From positions 1-32,247 of the forward strand of contig LWCA01000327.1 in assembly GCA_001642005.1 (NCBI GenBank): 32,247 nucleotides of DNA, written 5' to 3'. This DNA is from Intoshia linei. Taxonomy: Eukaryota; Animalia; Orthonectida. Below the pieces are notes generated by a model. That model did not search any database and had not been told where the DNA came from. It saw nothing but the letters and a program-made list of their open reading frames with translations. The position numbers were made by a program, and so were the translations under genes. Positions 20,501-31,547 of the stretch are shown here, one piece after another (position 1 is the first letter of the stretch; each line of letters starts with the position of its first letter).

Positions 20501-23500
20501 TATTTTCTATTGTCAGGTTTGACAATAATATTATCTCGTTTGAAAAGCTATAATTAGTTGAAAGGAGCAGATCGAAAAAATAAAATTGAAAATGAACGAA
20601 TTTCCAAAAAACCACCTCATGAACACCAGAAATACCGACCATCAACAAATCAGACACCATTTAAAACGGTGGATTATAATACCGCTTTGGAACAAATAAA
20701 ATCATTAAATGAGATAGAAAATACTCAAATCAAAATACCTCCTTCAACAAATGTGTAAGTTATATCGGATAATTCCTTGTTAACGGAATAATTAGTCCAG
20801 AAAAAAATCTCATTCTGTTAACGAGAAATGTTTTTGGAAAATCCTACTCGTTAACGGATTTTTTTATAAATAATGTTTACATTAAAACAGTGTTTCTCGA
20901 TTGAGCTTCAAAATTATATGCCTTGGTCCTTGGTCCGTTAGATTCAAATAAATTGTAGAAAAATTTTTATCAACTTTAGTAAATTTTTATAAGAGAAGTT
21001 TACAGAGTTTCTAGATGTTGATTATCCCAAAGTCTAAACAACCGCTACATTATTATTTCAAAAATGACACTTTTATCCCACCATTAAAAAAATTTAATAA
21101 AAAATAGCATTTTTAGCTTAGGGAAAAATGGACTTTTACCGATATTTTTTTGAAGAATCCGATTTGACGAAACTTCTATTAAATAAATCAACTTAATCAA
21201 ACCACAAAATAAAAAAACCCATTTTACCAACCTTAATTATTTTTTTTTGAAAAACATGATTTTACTAAATCTTATTAAAAAAACCAATTATTTAAACCAC
21301 AAAATAAAACGCCAATATTACCAACACTTAAGGGCAATATCTTTTTTTTTCAATATTATTTTGAAAAATCCAATTTTACTAAATCTTATGAGCCACAACT
21401 TCCTAGCCCAAAATGAAATTTTACTAACCCTCATTAAAAAATCCTCTTTTTCCAATATTTTTTTGGAAAACACGATTTTACTACATTCTATGAAAAACCT
21501 TTAATTTATTTATCAATTATTTATATTTTATGTTTCCCTTGAGCTCAAAAAAATATATATTTTGAAATGGGATCAGTGCACTATTTGAACAGGGAACCAC
21601 GACATTAAAACATGAAAAAATCAAAATATTTTTATTCCACTTAACCTATATTTGCAGGTTATTCCATATAAATAATAATAAACCATTATTATCATCATTA
21701 GTCAAAATGAAAATAAAATGTTTTACGTATCTAAAGCTTTAGTATAATTATGATGCTAGTCATTTTAAGTTAAAATTTTACGGAATTTTTTTACTTCAGA
21801 AAAATTTTTGTTCGTTAACGAAAAATTCCGTTAAATAGGAATTAGCATGTACTTTGATATTAGTTAATTTGTTTTAAGCTATCCAATTCCAATGGACATG
21901 CCTATCGGTCCGTACAAATTAATGTACCCTGTATCTTATAATAATAATGCAATGTATGAAACTTCGTATATAAACAATTCAATAATTTCCTCCAAAAATT
22001 CAGAAAATAACTACAACCCTATTGAGACTGGTTCTTCTTTTTCGAATCAAACCAAAGTAAATGAAGTTGAACAAAAAATTTACGATTCACCTTTTGTTGT
22101 TAAAAATATAACGGCTTTATCGACAACGAGCGCAATACAAACGTGGTTGTTTCAAAATCGATTTGGTAATATGGTTTACGCTTTCAAATCATTTTCAGGT
22201 AATGTTTTATTTGTCTTGATGAATTTTTAACTATTACGTTTAGGTGAGGACATGATGCGTTTATCGAGGGATGATATGATTCAAATTTGTAAACATTCCG
22301 TTCCTAATGCTATTTCTGAAGGAATTAGATTATACAATGCTTTGCAATCTTGGTATCTTTATTTTCAATAATAAGGGTATTTATCAGTGTTTCTCAACTT
22401 TTTTCCATTGGGCGCACAAGAAAATAACAAACTAGTTAAAAAATTATATTTTTTGGGTACTTACTGAAAATGTTTACTATAGTATAAAATTTTGTATGGA
22501 AAAGCTGCAAATTTACCCTAAAAAAGTTGTTTCGGTACAAAAAAATCTGTTATAACCGACGCTCTGTGAATGGTATATAGCTCATTTATAATTTTTTGCG
22601 TTGTCCATAAAAATTGCTGGCTGAAATTGTACCGGTTGAGAAACAGTATGTTTTTCGATATTATTATCAAATTTATACCCGTAAAGTATATTTTATTTTA
22701 TTTTAATGTTTTTAGTTGTTCAAAACCCAACCTAACATTATATGTTTACCAGACAGACTTGAAAAAATTTGACAACGAACTGCCAGAATTTCGTCATAGT
22801 TTTTCGGGGAACGATAAATTTGAATTGAAGGAAAATATAACGTCCAATTTTTTGACGAAAAGTACTAGCAATGAAGATGTTTCTGATTGTAATTTATTTT
22901 TTTAATTTAATAAAATTTAATTAGATTTTTCAAAGGTTAAATTTGACCATTCTTTAAACGTCAATTCTGATACCAAAACTGAGAATTTGGTTAATACTAA
23001 AAAGAGTAATCAGGCACCTACATCAAAGAGGATTTTTAAGGATATTTGTAATACTGGGTTCAAGAAAATGTGTCTTACCTCTTTAGAGTTTAAGCAAAAG
23101 AACGGTTTTGATGTTATATTATATATAGTTATTTTTATTTAGTGTGTTACACCATTTATCTCCAACAAACATTAGTAGATTGTCTAAAAGACAAACTCAT
23201 TCTATTATTTGGTATATCGTGCAAAATATCTAATATTTATATTAAACCAGATAATAATATGGCCATATTAATGACTGATGAAGTACGTTTTATTATGAAG
23301 ATTTTTTTTAAATTATTTAATGCTAGTCTGATAATATTGTGAGATTTTGAGAATGCATTACTTTTTTATCATTAATAATTTAGCTCATGAAGAATATAAA
23401 AAATTTTTGCATGTTTAATGTTGAAACCATTACAGATACTACTGGTAATATTTGATGACAATTGATGGTTTGATTAATTTACATTTTTTAATTTTAGAAC

Positions 23501-23568
23501 CTTCAAATGATCTTTACGAAGTTATATTCCATTGTAAATATAATCCTGTTAAGGTTAATGATAATTAA
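17526..23568 (+). CDS. TFCP2: CP2/LSF-family transcription factor (TFCP2/UBP1/gemini-like)
   Basis: CP2 domain YRLDAPTS...[53 protein letters not shown], and the LSF-specific SAM domain WLFQNRF...FKSFSGEDMMRLSRDDMIQIC...GIRLYNAL followed by PNLTLYV. Confident exons: 18018-18343, 18440-18637, 19768-19920, 20558-20754, 21879-22198, 22243-22352, 22716-22888, 22925-23104, 23143-23282, 23384-23443, 23498-23568. The 5' exons (ATG 17526 or 17888) are uncertain. Confidence 0.9.
18769..19191. mobile_element. hAT-type MITE in a TFCP2 intron
   Basis: Imperfect TIR CATGGGATGCCAAAC / GGTTGGGCATCACTG with a perfect 8-bp TSD GTTTATAT. Confidence 0.85.
19589..19726. mobile_element. Short hAT-type MITE
   Basis: TIR CAGCGTTTTCCAACCA / TGGTTGGGAAGCGCTG with a degraded TSD (ATCTACAG / ATCTTTAA). 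Confidence 0.75.
20766..21849. mobile_element. Degenerate pogo-type MITE containing a nested hAT MITE (20888-21602)
   Basis: Outer ends TAATTCCTTGTTAACGGAA / TTCCGTTAAATAGGAATTA (related sequence also at ~7955-8045). The inner element CAGTGTTTCTC...GGGAACCACGA is flanked by the 8-bp direct repeat CATTAAAA. Confidence 0.65.
21060..21500 (+). repeat. Degenerate ~29-31-bp minisatellite (AAAAATCC.ATTTTACCAAC...)
   Basis: Roughly a dozen diverged units. The same unit occurs at 12105-12190 (+), 20345-20395 (-) and 32140-32247 (-). Confidence 0.75.
22385..22645. mobile_element. hAT-type MITE filling most of a TFCP2 intron
   Basis: Ends CAGTGTTTCTCAAC and GTTGAGAAACA (right end slightly eroded) with a partial TSD GTAT. 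Confidence 0.7.
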
Positions 23569-23579
23569 TGTTTATTTTA

Positions 23580-25338
23580 TTAAATTAATTGTTTATTTTG
23601 ATAATGTTTTATTTTTGGAATTACGTCGTCAATTTTTTTGACATCTAAATTAATTTCATTATACAATCATGTAATTTTAATTCATCTTATACCTAACGCT
23701 TTCATAATTTTCAGTACGATAGATTTTGTTGCTGTAAGAATTTTGGGGTTATTTCGATAATCTTTTATGTGATACTTTAATAAAAGTTCCATTGTATGTG
23801 AAGTTGGTGTTTCCTTGTCTGTATATTTATTATTATATTATTAATATATTTGTAATTGACTTGGTCATTTTAGTAGTTGATGGTTAATTTTTTTATTAAA
23901 TAATAATATACCTATATTCAGCGACTTTTTTATTAATATAAAAAATTGTTTATATTCAAACATTTCTTGATATAAATTACTCACATGATTGTAAATTGAT
24001 TCTTTTTTAGTGACTTCAAAAACGCATCTATAATGATTTAAAACTGCTTCATAGTATACACTTGAATCTGAAACTGTCAAGTCATTTGGTATTGAATTAT
24101 TCATACACGCAATCCTTTTACTATTTTGAACGTCCTTTAAATTGCACTTGATTAAATTTCTATTTGCTTCATTGGTACATTCATCAATGTTATTCTTTTT
24201 TAATTTCTTTTTGGCTTCATTTATATTATGGATCATACTGCATAAAGTGTTGGGATATGATGATTGACATGTAATGTTGGCTGTAAGCTTTATGTAGGAA
24301 TCCAATTTTTTTTGGAGTTTCTAAATTTTTAGTGAGTTGAATTATGGTTTCCCAACTTGGACAAAAATGGTAATGAGTTATATTGAACTAAGTGGATGTT
24401 CATCTGGAAATAAAAAACATTTGTATTGTGTGAATCTTAAAGTTTAATGTTTAAAAATAAGTATTTTATATAAAATGGACAATAAAACTTGAAATAATGA
24501 CAATATTAATTGTATATTTGATTCAGGTACTTACATTTTTATATGGCTGAAGTAGAATTAACACGATATTACGTTATATTATAAAAATGGAACTTTGAAG
24601 AAACCTATAAAATGTAAATTTCTGGGTATGCTATGAATCAACCAAAATTCACACCCTTAAAAACTGAACTGCGTTGAATTGTCAAAATGGTTTTGGTCCT
24701 GTCAAGATGAAATAATTTTTTGTTATATTAGTTTACAATAAAAAGATTGAGAGTCCCAAGTTGGTAATAGATTTATATATTAATTATATATATATAAATT
24801 GAATATTTACCCCTACTAGTTTCCATTGATCTCTGTATAATTCAACCGTTTCAGAGTTTATATTTGAATCAGAATTCATATTTTTATTCAGTTTGTTAGA
24901 TCTTTCAAATTCACTTCCACTAAAAATTTCATAAAGAAAATTTTCATAAACAGAAATAGAAAGTATCAAAACCAAAAATTCATAATGGACACCTTGACGG
25001 TCAAAATTGCAAGTTCCTTTTTTTAAAAATAAGTCATAGAATTTTAAAAAACTTAAATACTGATCGAAATTTATGAAATAAAATTTACCTTTCACCACAT
25101 TTAACCTTTTCATCAATAATTTCAATAAGAGATTGAACTATACTCACAATATTTTTAATGTTTGATTTAGAAAAAATTAAAAAATCTAAAAAATAATTTT
25201 ATATTTAACTCTAAATAAATTACCCTTCACTTTATCGTGTGGTTTACTAAAATCAATAGTTGTCAAATTTTTTTGTTTTAACCAACAATTTACAAAGGCC
25301 CATTTTTTGACAAGTTTTTTATCTAGAATATTTTCCAT
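23580..25338 (-). CDS. CEP70: Centrosomal protein CEP70-like, shortened
   Basis: The N-terminus KWAFVNCWLKQKNLTTIDFSKPHDKVKDFLIFSKSN resembles CEP70 (W-x-x-I/V-N-x-x-L...DLIIF). The C-terminus HYRCVFEVTKKESIYNHVSNLYQEMFEYKQFFILIKKSLNID and IMKALDVKKIDDVIPKIK resembles CEP70 HFQKLFDV...VYPRMNEVY...LQELLELD and LLEILEIDDLDAIVPAVK. Exons: 25338-25224, 25185-25089, 24919-24811, unresolved small exons between 24770 and 24360, 24320-23912, 23818-23693, 23644-23580. Confidence 0.7.
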
Positions 25339-25723
25339 TTTAGTATTTTTAAAATTCTAAATTTAATATGTATACAAAAATGTGATATTGTTGATAACTA
25401 AAACGATAAAATTTTGTGTTGTCGGGAAAATATAAATAACGATTCGACATTTGTCTTGAAATGAATACATTAATTGTAGTGTTAAAATTGTACATTTTTT
25501 GCATTCAAAAATTAGTAAAAAATGAAAAATAAACTGATAACGTGTAATATACATGAACGCTTTGAATTTTACAATTTTTTGACTAATTCTTAAAAAATGA
25601 ACAAGTCATTTATTAAAATTAGATTGTTATAAATTTTATTTTATGACATGAGTCATATTAAAAATGGTAGAACAATAATAAATATCGTGGGCGTATCATT
25701 ATTTTCAAATTTCCTCACACTAA

Positions 25724-25747
25724 GAATAACACTAATTAGTGTTATTC
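25724..25747. repeat. Perfect 24-bp palindrome GAATAACACTAATTAGTGTTATTC
   Basis: The sequence equals its own reverse complement with no spacer. It lies in the divergent CEP70/PDIA4 intergenic region. Confidence 0.9.
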
Positions 25748-26752
25748 AAAAATGTTACATTACAATACCAATAGGGTGGTATTTTCAGCTAAACCCGAAA
25801 ATTAAAATTTAAATAAAAGTCAAATTCTCTGACAAATATTTTAATAATCAGGTTTATTATGACGTTGTTCTAATTTAGAATTTTTAATACGAAAATATGT
25901 TAATTAAATTAAGCCTGAAATTAAATTTATTAATATTTTTGCAATATACAATTTTATGTAATTTTAAATGTAAAAAATATATTCTGGAACGCGTTTCAAC
26001 ATTATTACTATTATTGTAAATCTTAACCTCAGAAACTTACATCTTAATGGTCAAACCCCTAAATTACGCGTTTTTTGAAAAATCGAAAAAGTAACAGCAT
26101 TTTATAAAACGTAAAATTTGGATATTTTCTAAAATCATGACCATTATCACACATCACAACCTCAAAATTTTTTTCACTTTACATTTATGCCCTAAATTTA
26201 AGAAATTGAATCGTTGATAAAAATCAAACTTAGACAGCTAGAATGAAAATTAAAAAACTAATATGTTTAGTTATAAACGGTGATTAACATAATACTCTGT
26301 AAACCATGACAATTCACTATAACACTGTTTTTTTAAAAAATAAAGTTATATTTTAATTTTACTATAAGATTTGTAATGGTTTATTTAAAATGTAAAACCC
26401 ACAGCGAATATCTATCGTTAGTGGTTTTTGATTATGTTATAGAGTTTCTTTTTTAAAAATATACACAGTTGGTGCTAACCATCTATCAAATTCTAAAATT
26501 TTCGAAAAAATGTGACACTCTAATGTACACAAAATATAAATATTAACAGCCAATAGTGAGTTCGAGTATCATTCAAGTTAACAACACAGTGTTTTCTTTT
26601 AAAACACAATAAATACATTTTTGTACCTGATAAAATTTAAAATGTTGAATTATTGTTTATTTCCCAGTCAACTATTGGTACACGTCAATTATTTATAAAT
26701 CATAGAGCATTTTTATCATTTATAAAAATTTATAACAAACTAAACTAAACTA

Positions 26753-29547
26753 ATGAAATTTGTATTATTATTACAATTATTTTTCATTTGGGGCATTACA
26801 GGTACACTAAACTAAAATAAGTAAATATAGTGAATGTCAATATAAAAATTCATTTTGTATTTTCTAATAGTTGATGGGACTGAATTGACGGACAAAACTT
26901 TTAAAAGTTTCATCGAAGAGCATGAAAAAGTAATGGTCATGTTCTATGCTCCTTGGTGCGGTCATTGCAATAGCATGAAGCCTGCTTATGCTGAAGCAAA
27001 AGAAGAATTATTAAAGATTGACAATCCGTCTTATCTGGCACTCGTAGATTCTACAGTCTATAAAGAATTAGCCTCAGAGTAATATTTTTGTGTGTTTAAT
27101 ATTAAAAAATAGATACAATGTTGAGGGTTATCCGACTATCGTGTATTTTCTGAATGGCGAAAATTATAAATACGAAGGTGGAAGAACAAAAGAAGATTTG
27201 GTTGAATTTATGACTGATCCAAAAGCTCAAGATAAACCCGTTGAAGTTACGCATGTTAAAATTGCTACAACTGAAAACTTTTACGAAATCATCAATAGTC
27301 AACCCTATGTGGTTGTTATGTTTTATGCACCATGGTGTGGTCATTGTAAGAAATTTTTACCCATTTTTGATACATCATCAAATCGACTTGATCATGACAA
27401 TGTCGACATTCTTTTGGTTAAAGTTGATGCAACTGTTGAAACTGAACTAGCTAATAAATTTGCTGTCAATTCTTATCCTACTTTTAAACAATTTAGGCAA
27501 GGTCGCCATTCAGATTTTAATGGACCCAGAAGCAGTACCGGTAATATATTTGGTTTTTTAATCACATTATATCTAAATAATTGAGGTTTGTCTATTCGTG
27601 GTAGAAAAGAAAAGACCTCTCAAAAGTGGTCATTTTCGAGTATACTAAGTATTATATTTGGTTTATATGATTTTGTCACTTACGCAAAGATTACCAAGTT
27701 CAAAGTCATCGAAAATTAAAAATAGATCCTAAATATCGAAAACGATGCGTTGTATCACCTCTCTCCAAGGGTCTTAACTTGATATTTTAAATACTCAACT
27801 TGGAAAAATGAAGGCTGCATTTTACAAAAAAAATTCTGGTGGTTCTTGAAGAGGAGTCTTGGAGTATGGTAGGTTCGGCTCTTACGACTTCAACATTGGT
27901 GAATAAGAGACGAAAAACTACGTATTTTCAAATATCCTTTAATCACCATTAAATAATGACTTTTAAAGATCTCTTCCGCATTTTCATTTCCCCCGTTGTA
28001 AAGTTAACTTAAGTAAAGTTGCTTTCGAAAAATTTATATAGGAAAAAATTCGCATTTCGGCTGTCAATTCAAAGAGTTTCGTTTGATCAAAAAGGCACTT
28101 AAGGCATCCGTAGACTATAATATGATTTATTTTTGAACGCTCACAACGTACTAAGGACTAAAAACCTTTATTCAGTGAACCCTAATTCCATTCACTGTAA
28201 AGATTAAAATTACCCCAAAAAGAGTTTACATATTTTTATTAAATTTTTGAATTTAAAATTCGTGCGACCCATTAATATTTGAACCAAACCTAAACCTAAA
28301 ATGTAATAATCTAACCATAAAATGTCTTTAAAATATATTATGAATTTAGACGAATTTACAGACTACGTAAAAAAACATGCTGGAATTGCTTCAGAAGAAA
28401 TTACTGAATATTCACATGTGCCAGCGAAAATATCTATCGATACAACTACAGTCATTGGACTATTTGAACACGACTCGTCACCATTATACAATAAATATAT
28501 TGATGCATGTAATTTGCTAATTTATTTGAAATTTGACTCATTTTATATTCCCTAGCGTCCCCAATTCGAGACCAATTTGTTTTTTACCATACATTTGGTG
28601 AAATTACCAAAAAACTGTTTTCAGATTACAAATTAAAAAAAGGTGCAGCATCAATTTTGGTAATCAAACCAAAAAGATTTACTTCACAATATGAAGAAGA
28701 TTATTTTGTTTATACCGATAACGAAGCATTGCCGTTGACCGAATTTTTGGATAAACACTCAATTCCATTAGTGGGAGAATTTACACAAAAAACTAAAACG
28801 TACATGTACAAAGAAGTTAAACCAATTTTGTTTGCTTTTATGACCGTCGATTGGACCAAAACTGTTCAAAAAGGTAATGCATAATTAAATTGTTTGATTA
28901 ATATTTTGACTACTTTAGAAACTCAATACTGGAGAAATCAAGTGTTGGAAACTGCCAAAAAATTCAAAAAACTTGTAACATTTGTAATTATCGATGATAC
29001 AAAAATGTCTGAAGAAGCGAGTAATTTCGGATTCGGAGACACTTCGTATGATTTCAATGTGGGAATACTTGCAGAAGGTGAAGTCAAATATAGATTAGAA
29101 GAAGAATTGGACGAATGGAGCGATGAAACTGTCAGCGACTTCGTTGAAGCCTTTTTAGACAAAAAATTGAAACCCTACTACAAATCTCAGCGTTCACCAC
29201 TAAACCAAGGAATAGTCAAAACAGCAGTTGGTTCTACTTTCAACGAAATGGTTGTAAATTCAGGCAAGAATGTGTTTTTAAAAATTTACGCTCCATGGTG
29301 CGGTCATTGTAAAAAATTGTCTCCAAAGTTTGAAAAATTGGCCAAAGACATGAAAAAAAAAGAAGATTTAATATTTGTTCAAGTCGACACAACCCAAAAT
29401 GACATTCCTAGTTCGTTGAATACGGATGGCTTTCCAACTCTATTTTTGATTAAGAAGGGATCCAAAGTCGAAGACGCAATCAAATATGACGAAAAAATGG
29501 AATATGAAGACATGAAAAAATTTATAAATGATAAATTGTCTGAATAA
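26753..29547 (+). CDS. PDIA4: Protein disulfide-isomerase A4 (ERp72)-like, a0-a-b-b'-a' architecture
   Basis: Signal peptide [16 protein letters not shown] and three YAPWCGHC thioredoxin active sites with cis-Pro motifs (GYPT, SYPT, GFPT). Exons: 26753-26801, 26871-27078, 27113-27540, 28350-28508, 28556-28873, 28919-29547. Confidence 0.92.
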
Positions 29548-29554
29548 ATTTATT
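29543..29554. terminator. Bidirectional polyadenylation signal AATAAATTTATT
   Basis: AATAAA on + (29543-29548, containing the PDIA4 TAA stop) abuts AATAAA on - (29554-29549), which lies 12 nt after the RPS26 stop. Confidence 0.6.
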
Positions 29555-29566
29555 TTAAAAGTTACA

Positions 29567-30009
29567 TTAGTGTGCCGTCGTAGTTTGGGGAGTTTCAATC
29601 TTGGGCTGCGGCCTTTTTTTCTAAAAACAAAAATGTTTACTATAATAAAATTAAATACCATTGTAAATTTTGGTGGTGGTGTTCTATTTTTTCTATCCTC
29701 TCTAGATCTGTTTCTAACAGTCTTTGAGTGAACAGCACAACTCACGCAATAATGAACCTTTAGGTAAATCTTTGGTAATTCGTAATCTAATTTTTAATTT
29801 AATTTATTTGCATTCGAATTAAGATTACTCTTGTAAGCTGAAGCAACTGAAACATCGGAATGAGCTATCGGCTCCACAATATGCCTAATTATGTTCTTTC
29901 TGATTGCCTTATCTTTTGGGACAATTCGACTGCAATTTGTACACCACACGGATCTGACGTGTCCTCTTCCTTTTTTTGATCGTCCATTATTTCTTCGCTT
30001 TTTAACCAT
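29567..30009 (-). CDS. RPS26: 40S ribosomal protein S26 (eS26)
   Basis: [32 protein letters not shown]...[38 protein letters not shown]. Exons: 30009-29829, 29786-29659, 29620-29567. Confidence 0.98.
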
Positions 30010-30417
30010 TTTTAATTTTAAACTTTAATTTAATAGCTGTAATAATTCAAAAAATAATGTGATTGAGTGATATTATAATATTTCGTTTCCAGATAAATTA
30101 TATAACAAAACAAAATACTGTAAAATATTTTATAAATTAAGTTATTTACAAAAATATGGTTACAAGGACATTTCATTTTATCGATTTATATTCATAATGA
30201 TCTCAAATGCGTGATTAGCAGAGTTACAGTTAAATAAACATGTATTGGAATGTGTGACACTGTCGTTGGTATCGTGTGTTTGTTTGTAACTAGAATTACT
30301 ATAGTAAATGCATGCTCGACTTGATACTATAATCTGCATCGATTATTCACAGCACAGTAATTGGTGAGACTTTTCAATTCTAAATGAGACGTAGCGATTT
30401 AACTTATCAAGTTAAAA

Positions 30418-31547
30418 ATGACTAATAATATCCAAGGAGGTTTTCCTTCGCATTCTCTAGCTTCTTTGGCTACAAATGCAAGCAGATACAGTAATCGTAC
30501 TCCGACAAGACCACATCTACCTCCACATAGATTCAGACTTTCAGTTATTGTTTTTACAGTAATTGCCGTTGTTTTACTTTTATCTGGCATCGTTATGACA
30601 ATTCTTGGTAACTGGCCAGGATATTATAATGGTAATTTGTATGAACCTTTGAAAATTGTTGGGCCAATTGCTCTAGTATTGGGAATAGTGTCAGTTTTGG
30701 TTATTGCTGTAGCAAGTTGCAAAACTTCAATGTACGAAAAAGCTCTCACCGAAAAAAGAACCTACAACAGTACAATTATATCGTCTCAAAAGTAAATTTC
30801 ATACATTTTTTTTTAATTAATTTATGTAAATTATATAATTTTCTCATTAGCACACTTCGCAGTAACCCGGAAATTTCTTATTACTCAACTCCAAACAAAC
30901 ACAAACCTAAAAGTATTCTCAAATCAAGCAATTCTACACTCAATTCTCAGAGCGATTTCAAGAGAATGAATAATAGTTTTGGTAGTGACAGTTGTGATTC
31001 AAATAGATCTGTCACGTTTGGTATGTTATTTTTAATTTTTTAATATAGTGATCATTTAGGTGTTTCAGCTTTACCTGACCCATACCACAATCAATCTAGT
31101 TTATACAATTTACACAAAGCTCCTTCACAGTCTTCTCAAAATTCTTATGATAATGCTTACTTTAAGGCTGCTAATTATTTATCAAATCAACCCAAAAAGA
31201 AACCGAGCTTTTTTACTAAATTTATGAACCGTGATCGTGAACAGTACCCTCTGAAAACTATAAATACTGTTTCATCAAATATTGCTAATGAAAACAACAG
31301 CGAATATAGCAACCCTGCTTTCGATACTAGTCTTGATGATATTCAGGTATTACGCTATGTTGATGCCGATATTAATGTGTCGCAACATCAGCGAAATAAT
31401 TCTACTAATACACAATCACAGCGCAGCCAACATCACAATGATCAGCATCGGTATCAAATAAGCCAACCACATGATTATTCTGAACCTTATTCATCCAGCT
31501 TGCATTCGTACGAGTCACCTCCCACAACACGTCAAACAAGAATATAA
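30418..31547 (+). CDS. Two-TM protein, TMEM200 (DUF2371)-like, with a long disordered cytoplasmic tail
   Basis: TM1 ends GIVMTILGNWP (TMEM200: GIAMAVLGYWP) and TM2 starts LKIVGPIALVLGI (TMEM200: K.LGP..MGIGI). Phase-consistent exons 30418-30791, 30851-31020, 31060-31547. Confidence 0.75.

Noticed and set aside
21060-21500. CRISPR-like appearance of the ~30-bp repeats (also 32140-32247)
   Set aside because: The units are degenerate and contiguous, with no unique spacers and no cas genes, and the context is a eukaryotic intron.
28178-28185. AACCCTAA as a telomerase RNA template
   Set aside because: It is only 8 nt, similar strings occur elsewhere (for example ~3431), and no supporting pseudoknot or H/ACA structure could be identified.
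28938-29745. Overlapping antisense or alternative-frame ORFs (28938-29162, 29440-29745, 29528-29731; likewise 27102-27344 and 30399-30590)
   Set aside because: They are shadows of PDIA4, RPS26 and TMEM200-like exons, or unspliced read-through of RPS26 exon 2.
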